Shown here in pieces: positions 38,789 to 52,049 of a stretch of 64,000 nucleotides of DNA (position 1 is the first letter of the stretch; each line of letters opens with the position of its first letter). The position numbers and the translations under genes were made by a program. The notes beneath the pieces were generated by a model. It saw only the letters and a list, made by a program, of their open reading frames with translations, did not search any database and was not told where the DNA came from. The stretch lies in assembly GCA_021613535.1 (NCBI GenBank), contig CP075493.1:11718001-11782000 (forward strand), read 5' to 3'. The stretch is from Adineta vaga (Eukaryota > Animalia > Rotifera).

Positions 38789-39188
38789 TATGTTGAAGAA
38801 ATTGAAAAGATTAGTATTCACTGGAGATATTAATCAATATAGAGAAGAAATTTCGTTGTTAAGTTTGAGCTTCATCACTGAAAAGAACAGAATGTATTGA
38901 AACATAAGGTCACTCACGTCGCTTAATTCTAGTTTATTTCGCCTAGTCCGTCCGTTTGGCTGAAAATAGACAGAAAAAATAAATTTAAGTCAGAAAGAGA
39001 CGTCCAATACGATTGTGTTTTATCTCTTAAATCATTTTTTTTAGATGAATTAACGAAAAATAAAATATGATGCACCAATCATATTGCTCAAATTCAACAG
39101 TGACGTTAATTCACTTTTCTGTCTGTTTTTGACCATAGCTGAATAAAAAGATAAATGTATTCATTTGAAATTTTTTCCAACAACAATT

Positions 39189-41630
39189 ATGACTCTAAAG
39201 TTGGAATCAATCCCAAATGAAATATACTTTATTATTTTCAGTTACTTATCGTCACGACATATTTGGCGAGCTTTTTTTGGTATTAACAAAAGTTTGAATC
39301 AACTATTGACTTCGAATCTTATTCGTCATACTATTGATTTGAAAGGTGCTTCTTACTCTGAAATAGTTCAATTACTTGAAAATCATGATAAAGATTCACA
39401 AGATCATCAGTGGCAAGTTGAATTTTCCTCTCATGCACATGCAATTTGCTTTGAGAATGATTTTGATTACGAAATATTAATAAATCGATGGATTGCAACA
39501 AAAATAAACTGGAAATTACCTCTTTTAAGAGCAATTTACATATTACCAGAAGCTGTAAAAAAGGTTGGTATATTATTTAGTGAACTTAAATTTGCAATAA
39601 TTCTTCAATCACAACTTCAATATCTTCATCTTGTTTTTCACGAATCACATTCGACTTATCATTATGTATTGTCGGCCTTAGTGAAAGAACGTATTTCATG
39701 TTCAGTCATGATATTAGAAGTAACGAAAGGTTTGTATATCAAAACTAAGATCAGGGAAGTACAAGTACTCATATTAATAAAACATCGAAAAAAAATCAGT
39801 AGTCTCTTTTGTAAACTATCATCTAATTAACAATATAATCAATCTTACTGATATATCGTTTATCTTTAGAAAATTCATATCCACACTTTGAACATGAAGA
39901 TTTATATGACATAAAATATCCGCTATGTTGGATACGTACCGTTTGTTTAACTATAAGTTTACAACATTCATCGGAACTTATTCTTCTCCTAATGCCTGAA
40001 GCTTTACCATTATTGGAACATTTAAATGTAACTATCGAACAACCACGAGAAGATTTACTTATCAAAAGAGAACAATCGATAAAATCTATTCAGTTATCTG
40101 AAAACGACCTTCGTCATACAAATGCTGTCGAAACAAAACTTCGATCATTAGTACTACATCAAATAGAACTCAAAGATCTATTGACTTTATTCAACTCATT
40201 CACCTTTCCTCTTCTCAGCACACTTATATTGGTTGATATATTCGACAGATGTAAGTTGACTGAATTTGAGAAATTTTATCTAGATGTAAAAACGAATATA
40301 GCAATGATTAAAGCCTTTTCTTGAACATTCAGCCTGTGCCAAAAATTTCAAGAATCTTTGAAGTTTTCTTAATATCATATAAATACAAACATATTGCACG
40401 AACCTAAACCGAGAAATCCTTGTCTAAAACAATCTATTTATACTCTTATTTTGTTCTAACATCTGCTCCTAATTTCATATTATTTGAAGGTTCTCATCTA
40501 TACTTTTTATTCCATCTAATTTTGAATATGTATTAGTTTTAGATAATTTAGTCGCTTTCCAACACTTAGTGGGTCCTACAAATTTACCTTCTCTTAAACG
40601 AGACCAATTTCAATTTTTACTTCGATTTCCTGCTAAATATGAACGTGAATGGATACAAGGATATTATAAATATGAATGGCCATTTAATAATGTTGGCTTT
40701 CATGTAGATGAACGTATTTTTCGACCGTGTAGTTATGAATCTCCGTTAGAGTTTTTCGAAGATGTATTTTATATCTACTCAATTCCTTTCGATGTATTGA
40801 AATATATGCGTACGATACATAACTATGAGTTTTTTACTCGTTATTCAACAATAATTCGAAAAAGCTTTACTCATCAAAACATGGAATGGTTGTGTAAATG
40901 GACAAGTAATGACACTCAATTGATTAAAAGTCTTTCAATGATGAGAAATATTAAAACGCTGAATTGCTCCTTTTTTGGAATAAACGTAAGTCATCTTTTT
41001 TATGAGAATATTTGTATCAAAGTTTAAATAATAAGAGATGCAACAAATACTCTATGATTATGTATGTATAATTTCAATTTTTAGAATCAAATAGGCAGCC
41101 TCATATCTCCGACACGTACCAATCTATGTCATCATCTTCGCTCATTGACATTTCGATTCACACGTATTCTTCACATTGGTTCAACGTACCATTCAATATT
41201 ACAATTAATTCTAGATGCATCACCTCATCTTTTCTATCTCAATACACCATGGAGAGATCTTTCTGTTTGTTTGGGAAGATATCCTATGATTAAACATGTT
41301 CATCTTAATATTGGTGGAGATGATGTGTGTTTCGATGTAGCTCAGTTCAATATAATCATACCCAACGTGCAGTACCTTAGTTTCAGGAGACAACACTTGA
41401 TAAAAGGAAAAGAAATGGTTAATTTTGTAAATGATTTATTAATCAATCAAACTCATTTTCATGACCTAATACTATTACAAATAAATAAAAATGGTAATGT
41501 TACACTTAGACCAAATGTGAAAGAAAATATTAAACAAGCAATTATAACAAAGATTGATCGTCTGAAGAATTTAACTATGACTCAAATTCAATTTTCTTAT
41601 CATAATCAATTGAGTATTTGGCTATGTTAA
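39189..41630 (+). CDS. F-box / LRR-like protein, about 4 exons
   Basis: LESIPNEIYFIIFSYL F-box; GT-AG introns link the ORF pieces at 39165, 39992, 40569 and 41145; ends with LSIWLC. Confidence 0.75.
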
Positions 41631-42040
41631 AAATCAAATTTCTTATTATCACGTTTTTCTTTAATTCCTTTCATTTATCTTTCAAAAATAAATGAATATG
41701 ACATATTTTGATTATTAAACATTGAAATGATTGTGACATTAAATGGTTGAAAATTGAAATATTGGGAATATAAATGTTATATTTGCTTCCAGGCCAGAGT
41801 TTGATATTGTTTTTATTATGATAACATGAGTATTTGTGAAGGTATGTCGAATACCCTTTTTTGAACCTGAAGTAAATATCGTTTTTCAATAAACTCAATT
41901 TTTCGTTTTTGTCAAAATTGAACTAGAAGGATTGTATTTTTCTTTTCTATCTCTCTCTGTTCTTCTTTATAAACAACTTAATGAAAGGATTAAGGCGAAA
42001 ACACAATGATCTATCATTAAAAATCCTTTGCCTACTTTAA

Positions 42041-42638
42041 GGTGGAGACGTGAATATCTTCTTTAGGACCTTATTCTCATCTCGAATCTCAAATTTTATC
42101 ATGTATCGTTAGAGTCTGGTGAATTGGATCATTTGTTTTCCTAAAGATAAGAGTAGTGTAGAAATCGTTAATTCGATTTGAGTATTAAACTTTTTCTTCA
42201 ACTTCTAAAGTTTCAGTTTATAATTCGAGTACTCGAGTTCTAAACTATTCAACTTGTACTATTATAAATATGGGAAAAGTTGAGTAGCGGAGATCGCGCG
42301 AAAATTATTCGTTTGTTTGGTCACCCTCTACACCCACACCCTCAAATTCATAAATCAGATGTAAAATCGATAGTGGTAGTCAAGATCTACCAGAAACCGA
42401 TGTTTGCTTCATTGCAAACCACTTCTGAACGAAACCAGGCGACAAAAACCTGTTTTTCCATGCATTGGAGCCGGTATTTGGCATTTTTTGGTGCGAAGGA
42501 AGAGTCTGACAGAAAAGTGTTGTCACACAAAGTTGTAGAGCTCGTCGAGTTGCATATGGAACGCCGATTGGGATTGTTGGAACGCACACCTGAACGAATA
42601 TAGGAAGGTTTTACTCGAATATGGTGCCAACTTCACCT
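42041..42638. mobile_element. Probable non-autonomous DNA transposon abutting the left edge of duplication copy 2
   Basis: Starts ttaa|GGTGGAG and ends CTTCACCT (short imperfect TIR AGGTGRAG); higher GC, non-coding; no right-hand TTAA. Confidence 0.45.
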
Positions 42639-42642
42639 ACGT

Positions 42643-45567
42643 CAAAAAAACAGTTTTTTTTATTTAATATTGTGCGTATTGCTTTTGAGTTTGTGTTTTC
42701 ATATTCTCGACTATATGTACAAAAAATTTTTAAACTAATGGGTCTTTATCAGCATCTGGATGACAATTTTCGAGATGACTTTCTCGTGCTTCTAATGTTT
42801 GATATCCATAAGAACATGATAAACAATAAAGTTCATCTTTATGACGATCATCTGGATGACGTCTTTTGTTGAATGGAATCTTTGCTCCATAATCTAGATG
42901 AATATTTTTGAATGTAGCGTCAAGATGATTATCTTGATCGTGTTCTTCTAAAGTATGATATGCTTGAAATTGTTTTGAACATCTTGGACATCGATAATCA
43001 TCAAAGATAAGTTCTTTGTTGAGCATATGTGTTGGAATCTTTCGTTCTTCATTAAATTGTTGAAGTCGATGAATAATTGCTTTTACATCAATATCTGATC
43101 GATTTAATTTCAATAAACGTAAGTGTTCGTGTTTATTCAGAACTATCATTAAATCAGTAGCATAATTTGGTTGTTCATCACAGATAACATGTACACATAA
43201 ATAATTTCGGATTTCTCGATGCAATGTATTGAGTAACTCATTGACAGGATGTACACATTGTTGAAATTTAATTTGAGGAATCTTTCGTAAACTTGTCCAT
43301 ATGTCGTCTTCAATGTAATGGGATTGATTGTAAAAAATAATCAATAGACAGTTTTTTGGAATTTGACAAAAATATTCAAAATGACGCAATAAATTTACTC
43401 GATTATCATCACCATCGAACAGTGCAAGTTGATAATGAGATGTCATCTTGTAATGTGAATGATTCTCTCGTGAAAGTAAGAAATGCATCGATTCTTTGTG
43501 GCTTTATATACTCCTCTATTACCCACAACCAAAAATTCCCGATGACGCATTTAATATCGTTTTCGCTGATATTACCTTTTTTTCTTTCTTTCCACGAACC
43601 CTTGTCGACGTTGCACGAAGAAAATATTTTACAACAGAATACACTTTTGATCAACATGACTCAATAGAAGTGGCCACTTTATATAGATCAACTTTTTTTT
43701 CAAATATATCTGCGTCATTGACAGCAAATAAATGAAAAAGAAAATTGTCTTGACCCTACCAATAACTGAAATTTGAAGAGACAGAATATATCCGATAGAT
43801 ATCATTATACTAGTTTCATTTCCTTTTTCATTTAAGGAAATAAAAACGGATGAATTTTTTTCATTTATAATAATTGATATGGAAAAGCTAGAAATGAAAT
43901 AACAATCATTTGAAAAATATCCCATCGCAGTTGCTATGTCGTTCATCAATATTTTGTTTATAGTTTTATCGATTCCTCCGATATTGATGTACACGAAAGT
44001 CTCGACAGATTACGATCTTTATGGAATAAAAATTGCTCTAAATGATCGATTCTTGGTTAGCGCAGACAATCTCTTTCTAGTTTGGTACATCAGATTATTT
44101 TCAATTAGCAACAATTCTAATTGTCTTCTTCTTTATAATTCAACAACCTGTGATTTTGTTTATAGTGTAGTTGTATCCACTTCGAATAATATGTCATTCA
44201 TCTACAATTGTATTGATTTTCAAGGAAATAATGTTGTTGGCTTAGTTACTAGTAATGGTACATGTTCGTTTCATTTAGAAGATGAACGAATTGTCTCTAA
44301 TTATTCAACACAAGACAATTTTGTGATTGCAATTAATGGCGATGGCACAGGTGTATATGGTTTTGCTGATGATTTTATGTTATTCTATCAGTTATTCCCA
44401 ACAGTAAATATGACAGTTTGGCAAAATAATATGAGTATTTCTCCTCGAGCTGTCGATATTAGTTCGAATCAATATTATGCTGTTCTAGTGGGATATTGTC
44501 AATCATCTGTAACAGTTGCAGTTGAATGTGGTTTTGTTGTTCAATTGAATGCATCCCTAACATGTCCATATAGTACAAGTATATTCAAAATCAATACTGC
44601 CGTCACATATTCATGGACTGATTCACGTTCTGTTCGCCTAACTACTGAAAGTCGAACCTATACACCACAATCTGTTATGTCCGTCAGTATCAGTTGGCCA
44701 CACACAATGCGTATTAATTGGTGTTCAATCACTTAATTCAGTATTTTTATATTCATTAAATGATACTCGTGCACCAATTAGTTTTCGTCAGACAGGAGCT
44801 GGTTTAATGGGTTATGGAAAAAGTGTTGCATGGTTAGATAAAACTGGTCATAAAGCTGTCATTTTAGCTAATGCTTATTCTTATTCTAATTATCAATGGA
44901 TATCATCATCAGTACATGTCTATGATATTCAATCAGATGGTTTTAATGATTCAACAAAGCCAGTTCTTATCTATCCGAATGGTCAACAAACTCTTCAAAA
45001 TGCAATGGATCCAGCTTTTATTCGTAATTTGTTCTCCCAGTGGTCATTTAGGTCTTTTGGATCGTCTTGGTAATGGTATTGCTATTCTTAGTGCATCTCC
45101 TAATTATTATGCGAATACAAACACAAGTGAATATGTTACAAGTTCTCTTCCTTGTAATCGTGGTACAAGTCGAGATTATGATGGAATTGAATTATGTTAT
45201 CCTCATTTGGCAGAAGTAAATAATTGTTCTCATGAGTTCTATTGTCCATATGGTGCTGTTGGTGAAGTTGCTTATTCTTCATTTGAATCAATTGAACAAG
45301 ATCAAGAATATCCTGAATCACCTGAGAATATTGTTTTTGATGATATACTTATGCAAAATATATTCAGTTTCAATTTTAAATCGATTCATTGTTTGCTTGT
45401 ATCACCCATCACATGGGTGCTTGTCGTCATGATCATTGTTGGTATTGTAGTTGCTGGAATGGGAGTCTCGGAAATATTTTATCCTCACCACCATTCTATA
45501 CGAAATCAAGCCAAACATATATTCAGGAAAATCGATCTGATCGGTGAAGGAGAGGTATTTTCATTAA
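42643..45567 (+). repeat. Segmental direct duplication, copy 2
   Basis: Matches 19530-22456. Confidence 0.95.
42730..43488 (-). CDS. C2H2 zinc-finger protein, copy 2
   Basis: 252 aa; differs from copy 1 at 4 residues (R/H, E/K, D/E, K/I). Confidence 0.75.
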   Translation of the reverse strand: MHFLLSRENHSHYKMTSHYQLALFDGDDNRVNLLRHFEYFCQIPKNCLLIIFYNQSHYIEDDIWTSLRKIPQIKFQQCVHPVNELLNTLHREIRNYLCVHVICDEQPNYATDLMIVLNKHEHLRLLKLNRSDIDVKAIIHRLQQFNEERKIPTHMLNKELIFDDYRCPRCSKQFQAYHTLEEHDQDNHLDATFKNIHLDYGAKIPFNKRRHPDDRHKDELYCLSCSYGYQTLEARESHLENCHPDADKDPLV

Positions 45568-46744
45568 TGAGAACAAAAACATTTAGAAAATTCTTTTTAT
45601 GTTTAGATATGGATTGGTGGTCTAATTACAACCGCAATCATCGTTCTTGTTATATCAGCATATGCATTTTCTAATGCTTATCTCCATCAATATCCCATTG
45701 AAGAACTCAAAGTTAACAATTCTCTTGCATGTGATGTTACTTTACGTAATGCTAAATTTACTACAACAACACAAAAACGTTCGGATCCTCGTCGTACAAC
45801 AAAAGAAAGTCAAGTTATATTTGATTTACTTGATTCTCAATTATTTACATTGAATATTGATTTGATACAAACCGCATATACATGTGCAGATAATTTCCAT
45901 ATACAACGTAACAATGGTTATAAAACTACATTGATATCAATTACGAAATGTATGATGAAGTATAATGATACAATTTTAAGTTTAGCAATTGAACTTCCAG
46001 CTCATGAAATTAATGTAAAACTTGTATTAACTGGAATAAAAACAATTGGAGCTATTCGTATTGGTCTTAGTGCACCATCAGCTTATGTAGAAGACGGAAG
46101 GTAAGTTTTGTAACTCATATATTCATAAAAAATTAATAGGAATATTTTTTTTGAATAAAAGATTTACAGCTATGAAATTGAATTTTGCGTCGACATTTGT
46201 CTCATCATCACTTGCTGAAGTTCTTGCTGAATCGACGACATTTCCAATTGAATTAACCAAGATTATCAATCGAACTGATCCATTAGCTAATGATGGATTA
46301 CCTCGATTTAGTGCCATTTGGTCATATTCCTTAACTGTCAATTCAGATCAAGTATTTACTAATGAAAGTCGATATACATTCTTTCATCGAACACAAACAA
46401 ATATCAGTATAATAATCACCCAGAACATATTCTATATCAGTAATTTACAACAACCCATTGCGAGACAAACCGAAGTTATCTTTCGTTGTCTTCTATTTAC
46501 TATTGTTGTATTAGAAGTATTCGGTTTGATTTTTCTTCTCGTTAAATTATTAATCATTCCTGTATTTCGTATTCTATACAATCATTGCCATAAGAAATTT
46601 TCAAGAAAAAATCAAATTGATTCAGCGATTGATCTCGTCGTAGTAACTGTAGACAACAAGAATCATTTAAACACAATTGCATCAACGTTTCGCAATCAAA
46701 AACCTCATCGACGATGGTCAACAACTTCGAATGTCAAACGTTGA
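43936..46744 (+). CDS. Full-length multi-pass membrane protein (family of the 5521 gene), 3 exons; frameshifts at about 44698 (+1) and 45026 (-2) relative to copy 1
   Basis: Introns at about 45555-45607 and 46101-46161; C-terminal exons homologous to the 6149 ORF (IWIGGL, YPIE..ACDV..RNA.F, QPIA..E.IF..LEVFGLIFL). Confidence 0.75.
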
Positions 46745-47027
46745 ATCACAGATCTATTTCTTGCCGTCTAAAAAGAAAAGTTGAACTTAATGTGTTTATT
46801 ATTAATCTATAAATATTAATCACAACTAATAGCTATTTGATACCTTCGAAAAATATATAATTTCATCATTCCTCTCTTCTAATTTTGTAGGCTAATGAAC
46901 GTCTGTTATTGGAAACTAGCTCAGACTCTTATTTCTGTAATACTATCATATTCTTAAGATAGAAAAGAAAATGAAAATGAAGGATTTTATATAGACCAGA
47001 ATTGAGTCATTCGGAGGAAAAACATCC

Positions 47028-48054
47028 ATGTCTAACTCAACAAGTCAACCAACTGCACTATCGTGTGATATAATACGAGCTTTAACAATTCTTCCAATTA
47101 TGGATCGATATATATTGATTATTTTATATACTAGTGGAATACTTGGCTCATTATTGAATATCTTGACATTACTTCAGAAAAAATTTCATAAAAATCCATG
47201 TTCATTATATTTTCTTTGGGCATCAATTACTGATTTCTTCGTGATGAATGCTGTTCTAATGGTCGATGCTTTAAGATATTTCAATCCAACATTATTTATC
47301 TTGATCAATTCAATTTCTATCTGGTGTAAAATACAAAAATATGCTGTCTTCCTTTTACCTTGTCTATCATCTACTTTCATAACACTTGCATGTATTGATC
47401 GTTTCTGTACAAGTTCACATAATCAACATGTTCGAAAATTAAGTCAATTTAAAATTAGTCGCATTCTAATACTTATCGTCTTAATTATTTGGATGTTATT
47501 CTCATCACATACTCTTATTTTATTTGATATTCCACGTAATCAATGTCGCTCATCATCTGATTGGTTTCTGTTTATCTTAATTATTGATGGATATTTTTTC
47601 TCTATGTTTAATGGAGCTATTGTTCCGATATTTCTCTCAATTTTTGGCTTTTTAATCTATCGAAATGTACGATTAAGTCGTCAACGTGTTGCACCAATAG
47701 CAAATACAAATAGTAATCGACCAACAGTCACAACACATGGTCTACATTTAAATCGACAAAATTTACATCTCATTACAATGCTCTTAGTACAATCAAGTTT
47801 AACTGTTTTTAAATATACCCTATATGGCTATTTATCTCAATAGTTTTTATAGCAATACTCCAACGAATCAATTGCTTCTTCTTGTCTATGCTATTTTTAC
47901 CTATATTGGCCGATGGTTTTGGTTTCTGAACTATGCGAAAACATTTTATTTGAATAATCTGGCAAGTCAAATATTTCGTACTGCTCTTAGAGAACGATTG
48001 ATTCATATTGGACTGCAATCGAGAGTTAGAATTTTACCACGGACAGGATCTTAA
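47028..48054 (+). CDS. Rhodopsin-like GPCR, single frameshift in a T run near 47808
   Basis: GILGSLLN, NPCSLYF, WCK, ACIDRF, NIPY and FYLNNLASQIFR. Confidence 0.8.
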
Positions 48055-48747
48055 TTCAAGTTCATTTGGTATATGTTTGGTTTTTTTATACCATATGGAT
48101 GAGTAAGGATAAAATAATCAACATATATTTATGTTTACAATCATTAAAATGAAATATTTACTATTGTTAACTTATCAATATATTTTTTTTAATAAAGAAA
48201 CACAAGATTAACTTACTTGAAACATAAGACATTTACATAAGTACCGAAGGAAATAATTAATTCATATAGGTTCAGAGGACAAGAACTAGTGGATAATCAA
48301 AAAGTTCTGCTTTTCCCATTTTTATACATTTGTAATGCTCGACTAACATGTTTTTGAATTCATTCTCGATATTCTTTTCTACAGAATTCTGATGACAAAA
48401 CAGAAATAACCAATTACATCAATTCGCGAATCTTTGAGCGTAACTATATCAGTATCCTTACAAAAGAATAATAAATTAATAGAATCTTTGTTTAATGACG
48501 ATTTCGTTCTGAAAACCATATAATAATCAAAAGTTCAATCGATCCATCATAACAAGGATAACGTACAATATGAATTCATACCCTAAAACTATAGTACTAA
48601 CAACATTTGTTCTTCTGGGACTTGAGGGTGTGGGTGTGGGTGAAGAGAAGAGTATTACCCACACCCATCCTGAAGATGATACTATGAAAAAACTAATCGT
48701 AGTCAAATTTATTGTTATTTTCTGTTGACAATCATAGGTGTTTTTAT

Positions 48748-50084
48748 TCATGGATTGTATAATTCAGCACTACTAAGAATAACACCCCCATCAGAACCAC
48801 CAATAACTAGCACTCTTCCGTCTGTTAATAAACATGCTGCATGAAAACTTCTTGGATATTTCATGTTACCAGCAGTATTCCAAACCTTCGTTAATGGATC
48901 GTATAATTCAGCACTTTTTAGAGTTCTGGTACCATTAGATCCACCAGTAACTAATACTTTTCCATTTGTTAATAAGACTCCCTGATGAAAATTTCTTGCA
49001 TCGTTCATACTACCAGTAGATTCCCAACTACCACTTGATGAATCGTACAGTTCAGTACTACTATGTGTCGTACTGCCAGCAGATCCACCAGTAACTAACA
49101 CTTTTCCTTCAGTTAATACGATTGATGTATGATACTGTCGTTCATAAAACATGCTAGAAGTTCTGGTCCAAATTCTTGTCGATATATCAAATAATTCTGC
49201 AGTACCTTCAAAAGTATGGTGAGCAAAGCCACCCGTAACTAATACTTGTCCGTTGGGTAATAAAGATGAGGCATGTCCATCTCGTGCATCATTCATATCA
49301 CCAGTACTCGTCCAGGTTTCTGTTGATGGATCATATAGTTCTGCACTATTCAAAACCTCATCACCACCATAGCCTCCACTAATCAACACTTTTCCGTTTG
49401 ACAACATACATGCTGAAGCTACGTTTCTCTTATCTTTCATTTTGCCAGTCATCGTCCAAAGTCCTGTTGATGGATCATATAATTCAGCAGTATTTAGATA
49501 ATCCTTAGTATTAAATCCACCTGCAATCAATACTTTGCCATTCCTTAATACAACTGATACGTGTCCAGTTCGCATATCATTCATAACACCGGTAGTTGTC
49601 CAAAGCTCTGTTGATGGATCATACAACTCAGCAATATTTGAAATAGTAGCATTATTAATGCCACCAGTTACTAATACTTTTCCATTTAATAATAAAGATG
49701 CAGTATGTTCAACACGTACAGCCTTCATACTACCTGTACTAAACCAACCTAAATAGAACTATTATTTGAAGAGAATTCAAAGAAATATTTTAGTATATTA
49801 TATCGATAGTTTCGTATTTAGTACCATGAATATATAGTAATAGGATTCTTGAACTTACCAGGCTCACGAGTGGGTGTGGTTGTCGATAGTATTGTGGCAG
49901 TGATTGTGCTGTGTGATTTCTTTGGAGTAAGAATAGCAAATTTCAATAGTAGACTCAACGTGATAGCGATAATAGCGAAAATGATGAAAGATATGCAAAT
50001 TATCTTAAATCGACGATGATGCCACCATTTCAATGATCTATTATTTCCAGTGCCATCTCTGATATATGCTCTGTTAGTATGCAT
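48748..50084 (-). CDS. Type II membrane protein with bacterial-type kelch (galactose-oxidase-like) repeats, 2 exons
   Basis: Exon 1 has a TM segment and Thr-rich stalk; intron about 49749-49857; seven repeats of M..R..H.ASLL.NGKVLVTGG...AELYDP. Confidence 0.85.
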
Positions 50085-50422
50085 ACGATGATGTAAGGAA
50101 AGAAAGTACTCAAATTCACAAACAAATAATTCCTTTTTAGTTTTACTTCATATTATATCTACAGGTAAGTCATGTTATCTTTGTATCATAAACTTTACAT
50201 ATCAGTATGATATTGCATCTTGGGAGTAGCGCGATGTTAGTAATTTATTCGTCGATCCTTCTCCTTCACATCTTTTACATATTTACTTTACACAATTACT
50301 CACTGAAATAATAATGAATGCTGCATCAGACGCAGTATCAGACAAGGGTGTGGATAGAGAATATTTCAAATCTCACATTCATTATTAAAAACAGTAAAAA
50401 AAGAATAAGAAATAGTTTCAAG

Positions 50423-51396
50423 TTACTTTTTCTGAAGATGTTCTTCAAATTCTGTTTTACTTGGAAATCTACGAAATTCGGTACAATTTGGTCCATAATT
50501 GATTCCTGATTGTCTATTTGAATATAAAATTCCATCTAAATGATCTGTTTCATGTTGCCATACTCGAGCTTGCCAACCTGATAATTTTTCATTTGTATGT
50601 TGAATACCTTTACAATCAAAATAGCTAATTTCAATATGTGTATATCGTTCAACAATTCCATATGCATGCCAAACACTAAAGCAACCTTCCCGAAAGAAAT
50701 TCGTAAACTGATCAGAAGTTTTTGTATTCGAATCATCGGTGGCGTTTTGTGGTGGATCAATTGATTTATAAGTTGGATTGAAAATAACTTTTATATCGCC
50801 ATCGCTTCCATCTGGACAAAATAAAAATATACGTTTATTTATATTCCATTGATTTGCTGCCATTCCAGCTGCTTTGTTATATGGCGCATTTGCACTTTCT
50901 AACTGTTGTGGTCGAATTGAATAAATCATATTTGCTACAATTTGTTTTGTTTCATCACTACATATCTCTTCTAACGACATATCTGCTATTCGATGATGCA
51001 GTATATGATCCATTTCAGCAGCTAACATAAGTATTTGTGGAGTTAAACCTTCATAAATTTTCTTCTCTTCATAATTATCACTATCTTTCGAGGCATTTTC
51101 TGAGTTATTGAACGTGTCAAATCTAAACAGAACCAGTATTAACAAGTTTTTCTAAGAGTGAATTTATGTCACAATCTTCGGCTTTGTTACTAACGTGTTG
51201 CTACTGGAAAGCATGGTGACTGGAAAGAAGACGATGAACTAGTATTTACAATAGGTGAACACATGCAATGTCTATTCTCTGTAGTCGAATTCCAACGTAT
51301 CGATGTTGTGTTAGGGTGCCATGAAGTTATGAGTCGCTTTAGATGATATCGAGAAATATCGATATTTCGTTTCATCTCATCCGTAATATACTTCAC
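50423..51396 (-). CDS. def: Peptide deformylase with an intron-separated N-terminal extension
   Basis: All three PDF motifs present: AGMAANQW, EGCFS and QHETDHLDG. Acceptor at about 51123 and an upstream exon at about 51196-51396; true start not resolved. Confidence 0.85.
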
Positions 51397-52049
51397 TATA
51401 TTAGTTAATTGAATACAATAAACAAAATTTTCACGAAGTTTTTCAGCTACGCAATGTTATAACCACATGATGATTGGCGTCTCCATATTGGAGAAAAAAA
51501 TACATCAAAATGAAGGCAAGAAATATTTTCTTTTGTGTTCTCTCACATTTGACTTTATTAGGAAATAAGAGAACGAGTAGGTACATCGATCCACAAGAAA
51601 AAGAAAATAATCAATTCCTTTTCTTTATATACATAGAGTACCGTCAATCGATATTATTACTCTTTAAATTCTAAATTTTCATTAGTATTCTTCGCTCCAT
51701 GTATTGTTTAGAATCTTAACTTAAGGATAAACATAAAAAGAAATTCACAGAGAAAACAACATACTATATGTCTTGTTGACTCGATATCCGAGGGATGTTT
51801 GATTTCAGAAATAAAATATTAGTTTAATTTAATGAAAATAAAAAAAAAGATTTTTTCATAATAACAATGACGATAAGAAAAAGAAATAAATAAAACATAT
51901 ACAGATAACAATATAACATCACAGTACGTCATCTATCGACAATAAGATTGTGTATTTATACAATTTCTTTTATCGTTAATGTACTTGCTTTAATTTTCTT
52001 ATAGGAAGCTAGATTAGAAATTAAACATCGAGTTTCGTTACATAGCAAT

